From Mobula hypostoma (taxonomy: Eukaryota), in the NCBI RefSeq assembly GCF_963921235.1, contig NC_086128.1, forward strand, positions 62,372,001-62,436,000: 64,000 bases of DNA. Reading direction: 5' to 3'. Position numbers and translations under genes: made by a program. The stretch's first letter is position 1, and every line of letters begins with the position of its first letter. Below the pieces are notes generated by a model that was given only the letters and a program-made list of their open reading frames with translations, had not been told where the DNA came from and ran no database searches. Positions 60,907 to 64,000 of this stretch are shown here, one piece after another.

Positions 60907-61998
60907 CAGGAGGTAAGGGAGCCTTGGATCCAACAGCACAAGGTTCAGGAACAGTTATTAACCTTCAACCATCAGGAAGGAGGTACAGGAGCCTCAGGAC
61001 CCACACCACCAGGTTCAGGAACAGTTATCACCCCTCAACCATCAGGAAGGAGGTACAGGAGCCTCAGGTCCCACACCACCAGGTTCAGGAACAGTTATTA
61101 ACCTTCAACCATCAGGAAGGAGGTACAGGAGCCTCAGGTCCCACACCACCAGGTTCAGGAACAGTTATTACCCCTCAACCATCAGGACGGAGGTACAGGA
61201 GCCTCAGGACCCACACCACCAGGTTCAGGAACAGTTATTACCCCTCAACCATTAGGAAGGAGGTACAGGAGCCTCAGGACCCACACCACCAGATTCAGGA
61301 ACAGTTATTACCCCTCAACCATCAGGAAGGAGGTACAGGAGCCTCAGGTCCCACACCATCAGGTTCAGGAACAGTTATTACCCCTCAACCATTAGGAAGG
61401 AGGTACAGGAGCCTCAGGACCCACACCGCCAGGTTCAGGAGCAGTTATTACCCCTCAACCATCAGGAAGGAGGTACAGGAGCCTCAGGTCCCACACCACC
61501 AGGTTCAGGAACAGTTATTACCCCTCAACCATCAGGACGGAGGTACAGGAGCCTCAGGACCCACACCACCAGGTTCAGGAACAGTTATTACCCCTCAACC
61601 ATTAGGAAGGAGGTACAGGAGCCTCAGGACCCACACCGCCAGGTTCAGGAGCAGTTATTACCCCTCAACCACCAGGTTTCTGAACCAGCGTGGACAACTT
61701 CACTCAGCTCAACCCCGAACTGACTCCACTACCTGCAGACTCACTCTCTAAAACTCATCTTCTCAGTGTTATTTATAACTCGTTTTACGTGCCATTATCC
61801 GTTTTCTCTCAATTTTTTGCATTTGCACAAATTTGTCGTCTCTTGCACATCGGCGGTTTGTCAGACTTTGCCTGTGGTGCAGTTATTTTTTTCAGTGATT
61901 CTGTTGCGTTCGATGTGAATGCCCGCAAGGAAAATGAATCTCAGGGCCGTATGTGATGACGCACGTGCACTTTGACAATAAGTTTACTTTGAACTTTG
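60907..61998 (+). mobile_element. 5'-truncated Rex1/Babar-type non-LTR retrotransposon 3' end
   Basis: Encodes PSGRRYRSLRTHTTRFRNSYYPSTTRFLN, typical of the Rex1/Babar ORF2 C-terminus, followed by a 3'UTR ending GAAAATGAATCTCAGGG...ACTTTGACAATAAGTTTACTTTGAACTTTG. Confidence 0.75.
60941..61670 (+). repeat. 70-bp minisatellite, ~10.4 copies
   Basis: Unit AGGTTCAGGAACAGTTATTACCCCTCAACCATCAGGAAGGAGGTACAGGAGCCTCAGGWCCCACACCACC starts at 60941, 61011, 61081 ... 61641. Confidence 0.97.
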
Positions 61999-63513
61999 CG
62001 CTCAGTGGAATCTGAGGGCCAGGGCTCCTGCAAATCCCAGCATTCACGCTGTTGCAGAGTTATGTGTTCCAACACCGCCGCATGACAGTTTAATTGAGTA
62101 GAAATTCCTTTAACGTACGTGTGCAAACCTTGACGTGTTATCAATACAAATCTCTAATGAGCGCCTCTTTACATAGCATAATGACCAGTAAAACTTGCTC
62201 CACGTCCAGGGAACACGCCAGTGACAATTACAAATCAATTCGACACCCACAGAACAGGCTTAATAAATGGGAACTAGCCACTCCATCCTTAAAGACATAA
62301 AGCGGATCCTTTCTCCCGCTCCTCCTCCTCCTTGTCAATTTCTGATCAATTTCATAAATTTAAAATCAATCGTTCAGACATATTTTCTCCATGTTCTCTG
62401 ATTGGCTTGGAAACCAGGCAGTCAATAAAGGCAGAGTTGGAATAAAACTTAGCTTTTTTTAAAAAAAACTATCAATGCGATTGGAGAATTTAACAATTAA
62501 ACTCGAAATGCCAACAATAAAGCCAAGTCAAAATGCCAAATTTTAGTTAGTGATTTTGCACATTACTAGTTTCTAAGTTAGACTTTTGAAAGCCTTGGTT
62601 TAAAGTGAATCTTGTTCCAAGAAGCCGGCCTGGTGTTCAGACAAAACTTTACAGATCATGCCCACACTAAATGACGCCTATTGCGTATGCATATTGAATG
62701 GCCCGCTGATGGTGACTGGAGCATGACAGTAGGTATCTCGGTTTTTTTTTCCCGAGCAGTTATATTTTTTTCTCTCTCTCACACACACACATCGCTTCAC
62801 TTCCCATTAGAGAGAAGGGGAAGTACTAACCGCCGCCACTGTATTGCTTCACATATGTTGTCCCATCAGTCCTTACAACATGGACACCCGCTGTCAGCAG
62901 GCACGTCGCCATGGCAACTGAAGTGCATGATGGTTCAGCTTGGAAACAACATTTTACAGCAAATTTTAGACAAGCCACCAAGTGTCCTTAACAGTGCTGA
63001 GCTGTGAGTTTTTCGGTATTATCTTTTCTAAAAAAAAACACCAACCCTATCATTTCCTTAGCCCATTCTTCATCAGAATCCCCAAATGCCCTCTGTATCT
63101 TTTCTTCCTCTCAATTTAATAGCTGTTAGAACCCAAGTTTGGTGTTACTCAAATGTCTGATCTTCATTCACTGCCTGTCTTGCATTTTCTGGATTGTTCT
63201 ACTTTGTCCAGAACTTCGACACTGTACTCCCCCCCCCCACACCCCAATTTGAAGACTTCTCTCTCCTGAGAGATCGATTTCGGGAGTTTTGAACGCAATA
63301 ACTCATTCAGTATTTGACATTTGATTGTAATTGTAAGCACGGCAAGAAAGCAGCGATAGGGGATTTGTTTAACAGGGACAGCAATACAATGGTTACCTCT
63401 GCTATGTGATTAGATCCACGCCACCTTATCGTTCGCTGAATAGAACAGATGGGACCTCATGTGTTACTTCAGACATGAGTGCCCCCTTAAGTCGGTATTA
63501 GGGAATCAGTGCA

Positions 63514-63581
<68 letters not shown>

Positions 63582-63642
63582 GCACTCTTATAATGAAACC
63601 TCTTATAATTGAGAATGAAAAAAGACTCAGGTAACATCTGGG

Positions 63643-64000
63643 TCTATCCTTATAATTCAACTGCTACAGCCCAGGTAGCAACCTCATGAACCTTTTCATC
63701 GCCCTTCCAGCTTAATGACAACTTCCTATAGCTAGGTGACCAGAATTGCACACAGATTTCCAACTGTGGCCTTACCGACGTCTTGTACAATTAAAGCATG
63801 AGGTTTTTTTTTGTATCGTCTCAACTCTTGCACTCAGTTCCCTGCCCTGGGAAGGCAAGTGTGTCAAATGCCTTCTTCACCAGCTGGCCTACTTGTCACA
63901 CCACTTTCAGCAAACTGTGTATCTGTAGCCCTGGGTGTCTGTGGTCTACACCACTCTCCGGGGCGTTGCGATTTACTGAGCACATCCCGCCCTGGTTTTA
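63643..64000 (-). mobile_element. Degenerate CR1-clade LINE ORF2 fragment
   Basis: The minus strand from 63790 translates LYKTSVRPQLEICVQFWSPSYRK, matching the CR1 ORF2 motif LYKTLVRPHLEYCVQFWSP. Degenerate, and runs off the window edge. Confidence 0.85.

Noticed and set aside
60941-61670. Regularly spaced repeats as a possible CRISPR array
   Set aside because: The units are contiguous with no unique spacers, the context is vertebrate, and the sequence derives from a LINE tail.
58000-64000. Search for HoxB1 or its r4 autoregulatory element
   Set aside because: I saw no paralogue-1 homeobox and no clustered TGATGGATGG-type repeats. They presumably lie beyond the window edge, so this is not evidence of loss.

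Overview
This window is the anterior-central part of a jawed-vertebrate HoxB cluster, with all genes on the + strand: HoxB6 (6764-8126), HoxB5 (10797-12644), miR-10a (~25811-25898), HoxB4 (27368-28426), HoxB3 (49025-51042) and HoxB2 (56140-57938). Each protein-coding gene has two coding exons joined by a phase-1 GT-AG intron, and each splices into an intact frame. HoxB7 and HoxB1 are not in the window. Recognisable Hox cis-elements are present: the DR5 retinoic acid response elements (RAREs) at 23471, 31633 and 45807, the Hox4 intronic HB1 element, the Hoxb4/b3 CR3 autoregulatory element and the Hox2 Krox20/Meis/Pbx-Hox enhancer. The repeats resemble Rex1/Babar-, CR1-, Penelope- and hAT-MITE-type elements that I associate with batoid genomes, so a cartilaginous fish, probably a ray, is inferred but not proven. 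There are nine N-gaps. The most notable observations are: (i) an inverted-CCAAT plus E-box module with 10-12 nt spacing that recurs eight times, including three sites with no adjacent coding exon, one just upstream of miR-10a; (ii) a 70-bp minisatellite derived from a retrotransposon ORF2 tail, giving a 315-aa ORF that rotates through all three frames; (iii) a minimal hammerhead-ribozyme core in a Penelope-like fragment; (iv) loss of the first conserved HoxB4 ATG together with an upstream in-frame ATG; (v) a strong CTCF motif at the Hox6|5 position. I found no evidence of a wholly new protein-coding system. All comparisons with other species are from memory and need database confirmation.
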